From positions 20,962-84,961 of the forward strand of contig CALIBN010000015.1 in assembly GCA_938045545.1 (NCBI GenBank): 64,000 nt of DNA. Reading direction: 5' to 3'. Positions 50,308 to 61,390 of the stretch are shown in pieces (positions within the stretch are counted from its first letter, which is position 1; the number at the start of each line of letters is the position of its first letter). The stretch is from an uncultured archaeon. Its GTDB lineage: Archaea; Thermoproteota; EX4484-205; JAAOZP01. The notes below the pieces were generated by a model, which searched no databases, was not told where the DNA came from, and saw only the letters and a list, made by a program, of their open reading frames with translations. The position numbers were made by a program, and so were the translations under genes.

Positions 50308-50718
50308 CGTTTAACCATAGACGGTGAAGAGGATTCAGGCTACCTACGGCCATATTTCTTCCCAGAAAGTAACGTAGTGGCCGCCTTCGCAGCTTGCAAC
50401 CCGCCCTCCGAAGAGAGAACCCATTTCACGTTATAGTGGCAAAAATAAGAGCATGTCTCTCATTCCATTGGCAACGCCGGTCAACCCATTGTTTCATCCT
50501 TATACGCTTTTTCGGAACACTCCGTCGTGAACTTTCTCATCGTCTAGCCAAGGTGCTCAAGTAAAAAAGGATCAGTGGAAGGGCAAGATGTAATGGCCCC
50601 GTGGACTTTCATACTTCTCACTCTCCTATTATTATCTTCAACATTACACTATAAATTTAACGATGTCCTTAGTGCAGTAGAGCAGGTTTCGAGGAAAACT
50701 AATGCCGATTGGCTTCTC

Positions 50719-52206
50719 CTAGCCCGGCTTCGTAGCTATGGCGCAGAAACGGGCGTAAGCATCTTCAACGGATTCTCCACGCTCCGGTTCGAATACTCTG
50801 AAATCAAACGAATTCCTAACTATCTGCCTTATATCCTTATGGGATCTCACGAAACCCATTGCATATGCTTGCATGAGAATGTTGCCGATGGAGGTTGCCT
50901 CCACCGGCCCGGCAATTACTTTTATCCCGGTGAAGTCAGCGGTAAGCTGGTTCAGCAACCAGTTTCTAGACCCGCCCCCAATGATGTTAATCCGGTTTAT
51001 TTTTCTCCCGGTCAACTCCATTATCCTTTCTAAGACGAGCCTGTATTTGAAGGCCAGGCTTTCGAGTATTATTCTAACCATCTCACCCTCATCCCTCGGC
51101 TTCTCCTGATTAGTCTCGTCTAGGTAGCGTGTTATTTCCTCAACCATGTTCGCCGGGGCCATGAACCTCCCATCATCAGGGTCGATGAAAGCCACGAATC
51201 CTCTGGACTTGCTTGCAAGATGAGTTAGTTCATCGTAAGAGTATTCCTTGCCCTGGCTAATCCAGTTTCTCCTGCATTCCTGAAGGAGCCACAACCCTTG
51301 AACGTTGCGTAGAAACCTGAATTTTCCGAGGACACCTCCCTCATTAGTGAAGTTGTATTCCAACGAGTTCCGGCTTATGATCGGCTTATCTACTTCAATA
51401 CCCACGAGGGACCAGGTTCCGGAGCTTATGTAGGCCGACCCCTCGTCCTCGAGGAGTGCTGCTGCCACTGCAGAAGCCGTGTCGTGGCAGGCAGGAGCTA
51501 CGATCGAAACCCTACCGCTAAGTTTAAGCTCTTCAGCGAGGTACACGGAGATTTTACCGAGCACGGTTCCAGGCTTAACTATCTCAGGCAGGAAATGCGT
51601 CGGGATTCCCAGCCTCTCTAGGAGTTCATAGTCCCAGTTGTCCTTAGACGGGTTATAGAATTGTGTGGTTGTGGCGTCCGAAAACTCTGAAACCTTTACG
51701 CCGGACAGCCAGTAGTTGAACAGGTCGGGCATCATCAGGAATTTGTCCGCGGCCTTGAGCATTGAGGACTTGTTTAAGACCAGTGAATACAGCTGGTAAA
51801 GGGTGTTCAGCCTCATGAACTGGATTCCCGTCCTGAAATAGATCTCTTCCCTTGAAACCCTTTTAAAAACTTCTTCAAAGGCACGTTCCGTCCTGGGATC
51901 CCTATAGTGATGAGGGTTCCCGAGAAGCTCACCGTTGCTATCTAGGAGCGCGAAGTCCACGCCCCAAGTGTCCACGCCGATCGATTCAAGGTTTCCGTTC
52001 AACTTAGAGCTGGCGAGCGAGGCAGCGTTCTTAACCTCGCTCCATATCCTTAAAACATCCCAGAATACGCTATCCCCTATTTTCACCGGCATGTTTGGAA
52101 ACCTATAGATTTCATTCACCTCTATCTTATTCTCGGCGAGTATTCCGATTAGTGCTCTACCACTCTCCGCCCCAAGGTCAAAAGCGAGAAAGGCGGGATT
52201 ATGCAT
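50719..52206 (-). CDS. rhaB: Rhamnulokinase (FGGY family)
   Basis: FDLGAESGR, IGVDTWGVD, YRDPRT, TGIQFM, HDTASA, ISSGTWSL, FTNEGG, GPVEAT. Confidence 0.88.
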   Translation of the reverse strand: MHNPAFLAFDLGAESGRALIGILAENKIEVNEIYRFPNMPVKIGDSVFWDVLRIWSEVKNAASLASSKLNGNLESIGVDTWGVDFALLDSNGELLGNPHHYRDPRTERAFEEVFKRVSREEIYFRTGIQFMRLNTLYQLYSLVLNKSSMLKAADKFLMMPDLFNYWLSGVKVSEFSDATTTQFYNPSKDNWDYELLERLGIPTHFLPEIVKPGTVLGKISVYLAEELKLSGRVSIVAPACHDTASAVAAALLEDEGSAYISSGTWSLVGIEVDKPIISRNSLEYNFTNEGGVLGKFRFLRNVQGLWLLQECRRNWISQGKEYSYDELTHLASKSRGFVAFIDPDDGRFMAPANMVEEITRYLDETNQEKPRDEGEMVRIILESLAFKYRLVLERIMELTGRKINRINIIGGGSRNWLLNQLTADFTGIKVIAGPVEATSIGNILMQAYAMGFVRSHKDIRQIVRNSFDFRVFEPERGESVEDAYARFCAIATKPG

Positions 52207-52617
52207 GAACTCTTAAAGCATAGTAAATTTTAAGCTTTTCCCTATGGAACAATAAAAAACGTTAAACTGTAATTAACCACACGGATTGAATGGTTTTATT
52301 TCTCACTTATCGACTCTCTAACTCTATTTTCATCTCTTATATTTATAGCTTTTAAGCCTATTTTCTGCGCAGCACCAACGAGATTCTTATCACCGCTGAG
52401 TAGCGCATCAGTACCGGAATAAATACAAGTTTGAATCCGTAGGGCATCGGCCTCATAGATGTCCTTTTAAAATTAGAGGCCAAGTTTCAACAAGCATTGT
52501 ATTTTAGAATCGGAAACACCCACAATATTTTTAAGTGCAATAACCTACCAACATCCAAAGCCATGGCGACCGATCGGCATATTCCTGCTGATTCGAAGGA
52601 ATTCTCAGGATGCGCAA

Positions 52618-53160
52618 TGAATCGCATGGCTTGGTATGAAATTCATTCAATATTTCAGCCCAGTTTACTCCATGCTCCAGACATGTTCTCTAAAATGGAG
52701 CGAGTTTTGAAGGAGTATGGGGTGATGGATTGTATTTCGACGGTTGGATTGAACATCGAGATGCTTTCCAGCTGGATTACCATTTGATACGCAGCGCCCG
52801 CGCCATCTTAGGTGAACGCTTGCTTTACCTTTACTCCAGCACTGAACCTTACGCTACCTGTCGGGCACATCTTCCATTTGTCTATGCATATGCCGATTTT
52901 ATGCTCAGTGGCTAAGGGCCGCTTTGGCTTGGCCTCAAAGAGTCCTCCTGCTACGCAGTCAGCATCAGATCAGCGACTCGGTGGGAGTTTTGGTGACATT
53001 ACGGCTCGTGGAGCGATAGGCCCGGTTATCATTTTGACGTTCCTAACAACTGAGCATATAGAGATGGCTCTACGGAACTATGTTCGGATATGGCAAACGG
53101 AAGGAGCATGGCCTAAAACCCCTGGGGAATTAGAAAGGTTCGGTAGGGAGACTACGGTCG
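52618..53160 (+). pseudogene. Frameshifted TIM-barrel glycoside-hydrolase-like remnant
   Basis: KEYGx|DGLYFDG restored by a one-base shift at ~52723; further shifts and stops downstream. Confidence 0.45.
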
Positions 53161-53367
53161 TCTTGCTTAAGAGAAGCGGAAAATTCAAAGTGACAACAGT
53201 CTCACGTAAGGAAGAGCACCGCTTTGCTTATCTCGATTCAATTCCTTCTCAATCCATCTGTCGGCTATCAAACTCGCACATCGTTCTAATTAATTCTAAT
53301 TAAATGGTTTGATCGAGGTTTTACGGAGAGGATGACTTAATCATTGCTAATTGAAGTTTTTCATTCT

Positions 53368-55743
53368 TCAGCCCCATTCGACATCAAGTATATCGTTAGC
53401 CCTTAATATAACGGGTGGTGAGAATTCAACCCTAAGACGGCCCTCAGTGGGGACAGAGCGTGCAGGAATCTGGGCTCCATTTATCCTGACAGATGCTCGG
53501 CGTAAAGCTCGTCTAAGGGGTCGCGTTGACAACGAGGCCAGCTCGAGGAAGCCCCGACGTACCTCCAACTTTAAGTGTTGTGTCCTCCCGACCTCTTGCC
53601 ACAGCTTACCGTAGGCCGTCGGCGTAATCCAGGGGCCGCGCGTTTTCTCGGGGTGGAACACCGGCGCCACCGTTAGGGCCTTTTCGACGGCGTTGTATTC
53701 CCAGCCCTGCAGGATCTTAAGCAAGCTCCATAGGCATTGCGTACGCAGATAATGGTGAAACGCACGCGGATGGGGTTTCCCATTGCTGGCAAGGATGCAG
53801 TCCGGGATGTCCCATAGGCCGCCTGGGTTCGCCGCGGTGAAGGTGTCGTATATCCTTCTCAAGAGCATTAGGCCCTCCGTTAAATCGACGTTTCGAATCA
53901 AACCTATGACCGTCGGAAGCATCCAGCAGACGATTATCTGCACGCGGTCATCATCTGGTATCACGATGGAACCATCGGGCAGGGCTCCGCAGACCAAGCC
54001 GTATAGGCTCGGGGCACCGTTGTATTTGGCGATGGCCCGTAGGGCTTGCTTCGTGTGCTCGGGCGGCAACAACTCCCCGAGGCCCGTGAATTCCGCCAGC
54101 AATTCGCCGTATATCTGGTCGACCATGCAAATCGGGCTTTGGCGCCCCTCGGGATCCGCGGAAAAGGCATAGTATTCTCCATTCCACAGCTTAGCCTTTA
54201 TGGCATCCAGGCCGCGCAGGAATCGTGACCGCATCCTCTCGGCCTCCTCCTTTTCTCCCACGGCGTTGGCGAGGACCTCAGCGGCCCTCAGGCCGGCCAG
54301 CCACATGGTTGCAGTATAGCTCGGCAGGTAGCCGAGGTCCCATAGATCCCAACTGGTGCGACTCCCCCCAACATGGTCCGGCAGTCCATCGCCGTCTTCA
54401 TCGAATCGTTCGGCGTAATGAATGGCCCGCCGCACCGGGGGCCAAGTATGTTGCAAGAAGCCCTCGTCCCCGGTTTCCTTAAAACGATGCCAGACCTCCA
54501 CGGCATATTTTGGGCTCAAATCCACGAGGTCGCGACCGCCGGGATGGGTGATGGAGGGTCCAGTCGTGCTGACGTCTCCCCATTGCTCCGGCATTTGTCC
54601 ACTGGGATATTGCACGTCGGCATACCGGCTGAGGAGGTCTAATTCCAATTCCGGAAAAAGGTCTAGTAGAAGCCAGTTCGCTAGGTCGATCAGGTGAACG
54701 GGACTACAATTCGGGCAGTTGAAGGACTCGTATTGGACGAAGCGCCCATCGTGTACCCACCAGGAGCTCTTGACCAGGTTAGCTTGAATGTTAACCAGGA
54801 GGTCGCTGACCCAGCTGGGCCAGGATGCGTCGCAGATGGTATCTCGCCACGTAGCGCTCTCCGCCAGAAGAACATCGTAGCGACGGGCGAACTCCCGTAC
54901 GACCTCCCTAGCTGAGTTGAACCAGGCTTGGTAACGATGTCCGACCAGCGGACCCGTGCCGTTCTCCCTATGGTTTGGGAAGAACCAGCCGACGACCAGC
55001 CTTAAGGTCCATTCACCCCCTAGAGGAACGGCGACGGGAATCACGAGTATGAAACGCTGACCTTCTGCGGGCTCTTCATTTCCCTGAATTGCGCCTTGAG
55101 AGAAGCCCTGCCAGAAGCTGAGCAAAGATTCGGCATCGTCCTTCCCTCCGAGGACGAAGCGCGCCGGGGCATCCAAGGAAGCGGCGGCCAAGCCACCGTA
55201 GGGGCCGTCGCAAGATGCTACGAAGCCATCCGTGGTGCATACGTCCCCCAGGGGGTTGACGAAGGATGCCGCCAGCGTCACATCCAGGGGCTTATCGCCA
55301 CGGTTGCGGAAACGGAACGTTAGGCCGAATGCGGGCAATCCCGAGTCCTCGGGTCGATGGGGTATGAAGGATGAGAAGGCTTCCAACGATGCGCTCAACG
55401 GGACGTCCTCAGGTAGGGAATAACGCAGGTTGGCGAACGGAAATTTACCATCGTATTCGATCGCCCTAACCCCGGGCAAGCCGAGCGCCGGGGAGGTTTC
55501 CAGCACGAAGGCCTCGTCCCCGACCTTCAGAGCGATGAATGCATTCAATAGGTCATATGGTGGCGCATATTTCCAAATCCTTAGGACGAGGGCGTTTCCC
55601 CAATTGTTGAATATCTGCCATTCTCGGAAGGAACCATCTGCGCGTATTTCAACGGTGCCCGTCCCTAGGCCACCTAACGGTACGCCACCTACGAAAGCGC
55701 TCGCATCGCTACGCGTCGGAGCCGGCAGACTAATCTCATCCAA
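53368..55743 (-). CDS. GH116 (GBA2-like) glycoside hydrolase
   Basis: GVPLGGLGTG.VE, FPFA, QYES, DEDGDGLP, SWD.W, WLAGL, LWNGEYY, DQIYG. Confidence 0.85.
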   Translation of the reverse strand: MDEISLPAPTRSDASAFVGGVPLGGLGTGTVEIRADGSFREWQIFNNWGNALVLRIWKYAPPYDLLNAFIALKVGDEAFVLETSPALGLPGVRAIEYDGKFPFANLRYSLPEDVPLSASLEAFSSFIPHRPEDSGLPAFGLTFRFRNRGDKPLDVTLAASFVNPLGDVCTTDGFVASCDGPYGGLAAASLDAPARFVLGGKDDAESLLSFWQGFSQGAIQGNEEPAEGQRFILVIPVAVPLGGEWTLRLVVGWFFPNHRENGTGPLVGHRYQAWFNSAREVVREFARRYDVLLAESATWRDTICDASWPSWVSDLLVNIQANLVKSSWWVHDGRFVQYESFNCPNCSPVHLIDLANWLLLDLFPELELDLLSRYADVQYPSGQMPEQWGDVSTTGPSITHPGGRDLVDLSPKYAVEVWHRFKETGDEGFLQHTWPPVRRAIHYAERFDEDGDGLPDHVGGSRTSWDLWDLGYLPSYTATMWLAGLRAAEVLANAVGEKEEAERMRSRFLRGLDAIKAKLWNGEYYAFSADPEGRQSPICMVDQIYGELLAEFTGLGELLPPEHTKQALRAIAKYNGAPSLYGLVCGALPDGSIVIPDDDRVQIIVCWMLPTVIGLIRNVDLTEGLMLLRRIYDTFTAANPGGLWDIPDCILASNGKPHPRAFHHYLRTQCLWSLLKILQGWEYNAVEKALTVAPVFHPEKTRGPWITPTAYGKLWQEVGRTQHLKLEVRRGFLELASLSTRPLRRALRRASVRINGAQIPARSVPTEGRLRVEFSPPVILRANDILDVEWG

Positions 55744-55770
55744 GCCCTTTTAACCTCCGCCTCGTATTCG

Positions 55771-56571
55771 TCAACTGCTCGCCGCTCGCCGACAAGCAGC
55801 TATGAAATCATCGAGGGATACCGTGAAGCCGAGCTGTTGTTCAACCTCTCGGACTGCCATCTCGGTTACGAGAAGCCTAGGCAACGTGTCCGGGAATTCA
55901 ACCCCTGTCGTTGCCTCGCGTATCAGGATTACATTATAGCCGCGCCTCGCCATCGCACGCATACCGTAATCGCGGCCGAGTAGGCACCAGTTGGCCGCGA
56001 AGCCGACGTAGATGAGATGCAGGATACCTCGTTCTTTGCAGAGCTCATGGAGCTGCTGCCCGGTTGCGACTACGTAATCGTCGTCCAATACTTTAATCGC
56101 TGGGGATATGTCCAGGTTTTCATCCATCCCGATCCTACGCATGTGGCATTCTATGCCGGGTGGCTGATGACGTGGGCCACGGTATGCCGCATAAATTCCC
56201 CTGCGACGTCGAAACTCGGCCGGCGGCCAATCGGGTTCGGGCTCAGGGCTCGGCGGCTTAAGCTTAGCGAACTGATGATATTTCCGAGCGACCTCCGGGG
56301 AGGGGGCATGCACGATGGCAAGCCCAGCCTCGCGAGCAGCGTTCAAGGCCGGTACGATTACGGATTCCGTCACCTCGCGGGCGCGTTCAATCCAACTTTC
56401 TATGAAATGGATGTTCCACATATCAACGAGTACTAACGCCGTCTGATTTACTGGCAGGGACATTGGTATCTCGCGCCTGATGAAATTTTCTTCGCGGCAC
56501 GGTATATCGGGCGGGGTGCTATCCTGATAATACCTGACGCGTAAATTAAGGATGCGTTCGCTCTTAGCCAT
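55771..56571 (-). CDS. Isochorismatase-family (cysteine hydrolase) protein
   Basis: TALVLVDMW, IVHAPS, LIYVGFAANWC. Confidence 0.8.
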   Translation of the reverse strand: MAKSERILNLRVRYYQDSTPPDIPCREENFIRREIPMSLPVNQTALVLVDMWNIHFIESWIERAREVTESVIVPALNAAREAGLAIVHAPSPEVARKYHQFAKLKPPSPEPEPDWPPAEFRRRRGIYAAYRGPRHQPPGIECHMRRIGMDENLDISPAIKVLDDDYVVATGQQLHELCKERGILHLIYVGFAANWCLLGRDYGMRAMARRGYNVILIREATTGVEFPDTLPRLLVTEMAVREVEQQLGFTVSLDDFIAACRRAASS

Positions 56572-56578
56572 CTTTAAG

Positions 56579-57598
56579 TCACTTGACTTTAATCAACACC
56601 TTTATAAATTTTCCAGGATTTTCATCCCACTCCTTGAAGGCTTGGGGAGTTTGGACGAGGGGGTAAATGTGGCCCACCAACGCTTCAAAAGGCCACTCCT
56701 TCTTTTCCAACATATCCATGACCGCTTTAAAATCGTCCCGCAAGGCGTTGCGCGAGCCGTAGATGCTCAGCTCCTTACGTACGAACTCGGAGGTATCGTA
56801 GCATGCCTCCTCTTTAGTATATCCAACATATACTACCCGTCCAGCATAGGAAGTCGCCCCCACCGCCAGCCTGAAGGTCTGCGGCGAGCCCACGGCTTCG
56901 ATGGCCACGCTCACCCCCTCCCCCGACGTTAAGCGGAGGATTTCCTTCAAGGGATCCTGTTTAGCAGAGTTAATGACATGCTTGGCGCCGAATTTTATGG
57001 CGAACATCAGCTTATCGTCATCTATGTCGCACGCGATTACTGTTGCGTTCCTCCGTACGGCTGCTATGATCGCCCCCATCCCGACCATGCCGCAACCGAT
57101 CACCAGCACCATGTCCGATTCGCTTACCCTACCTCTGCTGACAGCATGGTGTCCAACGCTCAACGGCTCAATTAGCGCTAACTCTTCTCGGCTGAGCACT
57201 TTGTTAACGAAAACATTTGTGTAATGGATGGAGAAGAGCTCGCTTAACGCGCCGTCACGTTGCACACCCAGGGTCTGGTTAAACTGACAAGCGTTATACT
57301 GACCACGACGACAGGCGGGACATTTTCCGCAGTTTGTGTAGGGCCATACGGCTACGCTCTCGCCGACCTGAATGCTAGGGGGCACTTTTCCACCTTTAGA
57401 TATGATGACCCCGCTTACCTCGTGGCCAGGGATCCTCGGATAGGTGACGAATGGCATCTCACCTCGATATGCCTTCAGGTCTGAGCCACATAGGCCCACG
57501 TAGCGGACTTCGAGGAGCACGTCTTCATCGCCGATTCGCGGCTCGGGGATATCGACGATCCTCAGCTTCCCTGGCCCTTCTAATGAGACTGCCCTCAC
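56579..57598 (-). CDS. Zn-dependent alcohol dehydrogenase (L-galactonate dehydrogenase-like)
   Basis: GLCGSD, YPRIPGHE, CGKCPACRRG..NAC, IEPL, GCGMVG, GSRNA. Confidence 0.88.
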   Translation of the reverse strand: MRAVSLEGPGKLRIVDIPEPRIGDEDVLLEVRYVGLCGSDLKAYRGEMPFVTYPRIPGHEVSGVIISKGGKVPPSIQVGESVAVWPYTNCGKCPACRRGQYNACQFNQTLGVQRDGALSELFSIHYTNVFVNKVLSREELALIEPLSVGHHAVSRGRVSESDMVLVIGCGMVGMGAIIAAVRRNATVIACDIDDDKLMFAIKFGAKHVINSAKQDPLKEILRLTSGEGVSVAIEAVGSPQTFRLAVGATSYAGRVVYVGYTKEEACYDTSEFVRKELSIYGSRNALRDDFKAVMDMLEKKEWPFEALVGHIYPLVQTPQAFKEWDENPGKFIKVLIKVK

Positions 57599-57707
57599 GC
57601 CTTAATCAAAATGCATCCAGCATATAACGCTTCCTATGGTCCATCCCATCCCTTAACTGAGCCAAACCCGACCATAGATCTGCTAACTCCAGGGGGTATC
57701 TTGCATT

Positions 57708-60185
57708 TTACGTATTATAACTCTCTGCTACACTATACTTTGTAAACCCGGTGTGGGGATCACTGGTAAACCTTACTGACCAAGGTGTTATATCACCACT
57801 TATTATGATCGGCAACACAAGGCTATGGTTGGCAGACCGACGAATGGGAACGAACTGCCCATTCACCTGCTGGTAAACAGGTCTCATGCCATTGGTGGCG
57901 ATTACAATCACTCCGCTCTCACCAGGCGGCCGACGGATGATCCCGCTCAGGGTTAAGGAGTCAGGATCCCACCGAACGTCTTCAAGCTCCTGGCCGCAAC
58001 TTTGGTGGAAACTCGTGCCCACAACCCACGGGTGGTCCCTAGGCTTACGCAGGCAGAGCAGTTTAACTCCCGGACCAAAGAAGGCGATTTCCAAGAACCC
58101 TTGCCTTCCGCCGACTTTAAGCTCCTGGAAGTCCCCTGCATGGGAGTAGCCGCCGGGATTAAGCCGTCTGCCAGGTAGGATGCCCAAGAATTGCTGCGAC
58201 CAGAATTCGTAGCCCCAACGAGCTTCATGTTCCGGAATTCCCAGCATGTAGAAAGGAATGCAGAAACGGGATATCTTCGGTTCTTCAGCCGAAGCACCCT
58301 CATCGAAGGAGAAAACGCCAACCAAATCCCATTCATCCCAATCCGCAACTACATGCGCATGCCAGACGGTGCCCGGCGGTTGTTCTTTACATTCATCCGC
58401 CTCCCCCCTCTGCATGGCTTCATAGTCATCGTAGCTTTCGCAGACAGGTTCAAACAGGTTCACCGGACGCGCAGTATTGTTGAGCACAGGTAAACTGGCG
58501 GTTAGGATGGGCCAGCGCTCCTCCGGCAGCGTTGTCAGGTCGTCTGAAATGTCGATTTGTCCCCCGGTGAGAAACGCCACGGTAGCTCGTATCCTAGCAT
58601 CATCAACGGTCCCAGGTAGGCCTACGCATAAGCAGGATGGCTGAATTATTCCCCAGCGCTTGTTCTTGAAGAGGTGGCATGCTAACCCCAGGTAATTCTC
58701 ATACTGAAAACGGTGGCTGACGAATCCCGTGTTACCAGTGTCTTGACAAGCATAGAGGAGTGGCCACTGCCCTTTCCCCGGCATATCTGGGCCACCGCAG
58801 TTGAGTATTAACGCATCGGGCAGTGCCTCCCTAATAATTTGGGCACCTAAACGGCCGGCCTCCGTGCCACCGCCGCACACCATCCCCGCATCATAACGCC
58901 GCTTAGCAAGCGGATGGGACACCGCGTTAATGAAGTCAGCTTTGAAGTATTTAACGCCGCGTTCAGCGAGAGTCCGTATTTTCTCCCTTAACCATTGTCT
59001 TGCCCCGGGGTGTGTGAGGTCAAGGATGAACGTCTTGCCGTAGGGCTCCCAGAACCATTCGTAATAGGAGACGGGTTTACCGTCCGGCCCGTGAATCAAC
59101 CATTCTGGATGCTCCACGCTCACAGGGTCGAATTCGGATATGGAAAAAGGTGCCTTCCAGACGCCCAAGGAAAAACCGAGCTTCCCCAACTCTTCTGCAA
59201 GCCAGCGCAGCCCGTGTGGGAACCGCTCGTTCTCCGTGTAGGTGGAGGGCAGGTTTCCTTCCTCCCATCCCAGGTCCACCTCGATGATCTTCAGCCCAAG
59301 CGGCTTCAGGCGTTCGGCAGCGATGTATGCGTTAGCCAGTATCCGCTCCTCCGTCACGGATAACCGAAAGGGGTACCAGGAGCAGAAGGAAACAGGTGGC
59401 TCCTCTGGGAATTGCGGCCCATGCCGTTTTTTAACCATTTCCCCATACCAGTCCATGAGGGATAATGGGTCCCGTCCAATGGTGAGGACGAACTCCTCCA
59501 GCTCGGTGATTTGGTCGGGCGTGATGCGGGTATCCCCGCCATCGAACCATATCCTCCAAGAGGCGATCCTACCGTCGTTTTCCGTAACGATGCCAATTCG
59601 GCCCAACCAGCGCTCAGAGGTCAGGAACCCCGCGAGGAAAGCGAAACGTGCCTTCCGGTCGTAAGCGACGGAAAGAAGGTCGGAGTGGATTTGGCCAGGG
59701 CAGGTTTCACTCGTGACGTTAGCTTCACCCGCCGAAACTGGTTTCTCTTCCTTCTTTGCCCATATCAAGGAACGAATACGGCCCGTGTAGCTGGTCTGTT
59801 CCAATATTTTGACGAATCGAGCGGCGCCGAGGCTTAGACTTCCGCCATCGGCATGGCCACCGAGCAGCGTTACCTCGTTTAGGATAATGTCCCTCCCGCT
59901 CGTATTCCGCAGGGATGAGTGCACCTGGAGGAAGTCCAAGCCTGGGATAAACTTCAACGAAAGCTTTGCCACATCTGCGAAATCGTATTCCAAGATGATT
60001 GGGGCATTTTGATCGCCTTGCCGGATAACGCAGGCAGAAGGTTCTAATTCCTGCCCGTCGAGGCACAGGGAGGGACGTAGACCTTCGAGGCGGAACTTGT
60101 CCCAATGGGAGGAGGACAACTTTACGGTGCCGGTACGACTGTCCTGAATTTCGACGCGTATTTCCTTGGCTGTTAACTGAAACAT
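57708..60185 (-). CDS. Clan GH-D alpha-galactosidase (GH36/GH27-like)
   Basis: SFCSWY, IEVDLGW, RFPHGL, GVWKAPF, LDLTHP, YFKADF; probable ATG start at 60185. Confidence 0.8.
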   Translation of the reverse strand: MFQLTAKEIRVEIQDSRTGTVKLSSSHWDKFRLEGLRPSLCLDGQELEPSACVIRQGDQNAPIILEYDFADVAKLSLKFIPGLDFLQVHSSLRNTSGRDIILNEVTLLGGHADGGSLSLGAARFVKILEQTSYTGRIRSLIWAKKEEKPVSAGEANVTSETCPGQIHSDLLSVAYDRKARFAFLAGFLTSERWLGRIGIVTENDGRIASWRIWFDGGDTRITPDQITELEEFVLTIGRDPLSLMDWYGEMVKKRHGPQFPEEPPVSFCSWYPFRLSVTEERILANAYIAAERLKPLGLKIIEVDLGWEEGNLPSTYTENERFPHGLRWLAEELGKLGFSLGVWKAPFSISEFDPVSVEHPEWLIHGPDGKPVSYYEWFWEPYGKTFILDLTHPGARQWLREKIRTLAERGVKYFKADFINAVSHPLAKRRYDAGMVCGGGTEAGRLGAQIIREALPDALILNCGGPDMPGKGQWPLLYACQDTGNTGFVSHRFQYENYLGLACHLFKNKRWGIIQPSCLCVGLPGTVDDARIRATVAFLTGGQIDISDDLTTLPEERWPILTASLPVLNNTARPVNLFEPVCESYDDYEAMQRGEADECKEQPPGTVWHAHVVADWDEWDLVGVFSFDEGASAEEPKISRFCIPFYMLGIPEHEARWGYEFWSQQFLGILPGRRLNPGGYSHAGDFQELKVGGRQGFLEIAFFGPGVKLLCLRKPRDHPWVVGTSFHQSCGQELEDVRWDPDSLTLSGIIRRPPGESGVIVIATNGMRPVYQQVNGQFVPIRRSANHSLVLPIIISGDITPWSVRFTSDPHTGFTKYSVAESYNT

Positions 60186-60283
60186 ATCCACACCACCCTT
60201 CCGTAGATACGTTATGCTTAAAACCTTTCCTTTCAGGCTTCCAACGTTAAAATGCACCGTCAGGAGAAGATGGTGATGTAAAG

Positions 60284-61276
60284 ATGGATAGGGTAAGGGT
60301 CGGAATGATCGGGGCGGGCGCGAGGGCGACCTATGCGCATTATCCTTCCTTGGCCGAGATGCCAGATGTGGAGATGGCGGCGATTTGCGAGCTCAACCTC
60401 GAGAGGATGAAGGCCGTCGGGGACAAATATGGAATTCATTTGAGGTATACGGATTATAGGAAGATGTTGGAGGAGGTCGCCCTGGATGCGGTATACATCA
60501 TAATGGGCCCGGAGTTCTTAGACCCCATAGTGACGTATTGTCTCAAGAAGAACAAGAACGTCTTCATCGAGAAGCCTCCTGGCACGACGGTCGAGGAGAC
60601 GAGGAAATGGGCCAAGCTAGCTAAAGAACATGGTTGTAAAACCGCCGTCGGCTTCCAGAGGGTTTTCCATCCCCTCGTAAGGGAAGCGAAAAGGATCCTG
60701 GAGGAGAGGGGGAGGATCATACACTGCATGGCCGCCTTCCACAAGTACGGCGAATGGCAGGGGTATTTCGATAGCCTTACCAACGATGTCATCCATATAA
60801 TCGCCCTGTTAAGGTGGCTCGGAGGGGACGTTAAGAAGGTACATAGCTTAAGCGGACAATTCTATAGCAATATAGGGAAACATTTGAACCTGTATACAGC
60901 AATCCTTGAATTCAAGAGCGGGGGCATCGGGATACTCCACAGCAACAGGGTCTCGGGCGGAAGGGTCCTTTACTTCGAGGCCCATTCTAAGGGGATCTCG
61001 GTCTACGGCGATATACCCGGCATAGCGGGCGTTGACCATCTGAAGGTCGTTAAGGACAACCAGCCATATGAGGAGGCAAGGGTCATCAGGAACGAGGATA
61101 TTATAGGGAGCAACGTACCGTATACGCATATCGACGGGACCTTCCAGGTCAACAGGCATTTCATCGACTGCATAAAGAGGGATGAAGAGCCCCTTACGAA
61201 CTTTGAAGATTCCGTTAAGACCATGAAGATAGTGAGGGCGATCCTCTCGGGCCCAAGGCTGCCGCCGGTCGCTTAG
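60284..61276 (+). CDS. Gfo/Idh/MocA oxidoreductase
   Basis: VGMIGAG, FIEKPP, VGFQR, DVIHII. Confidence 0.88.
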   Translation: MDRVRVGMIGAGARATYAHYPSLAEMPDVEMAAICELNLERMKAVGDKYGIHLRYTDYRKMLEEVALDAVYIIMGPEFLDPIVTYCLKKNKNVFIEKPPGTTVEETRKWAKLAKEHGCKTAVGFQRVFHPLVREAKRILEERGRIIHCMAAFHKYGEWQGYFDSLTNDVIHIIALLRWLGGDVKKVHSLSGQFYSNIGKHLNLYTAILEFKSGGIGILHSNRVSGGRVLYFEAHSKGISVYGDIPGIAGVDHLKVVKDNQPYEEARVIRNEDIIGSNVPYTHIDGTFQVNRHFIDCIKRDEEPLTNFEDSVKTMKIVRAILSGPRLPPVA

Positions 61277-61390
61277 GCTCAATACCTAAATGAGCATAAG
61301 CCCATCTTAATGGACATCGTTGCCCATCGATTTTCGGCTTCTTTCAGTTAAACGTTATATATTGTAGTTTAGGATTAAAGGGGAGAGCGA

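Noticed and set aside
50330-51033. ORF 50575-51033 and possible remnant at 50340-50560
   Set aside because: Mostly antisense to rhamnulokinase; the remnant has no identifiable family.
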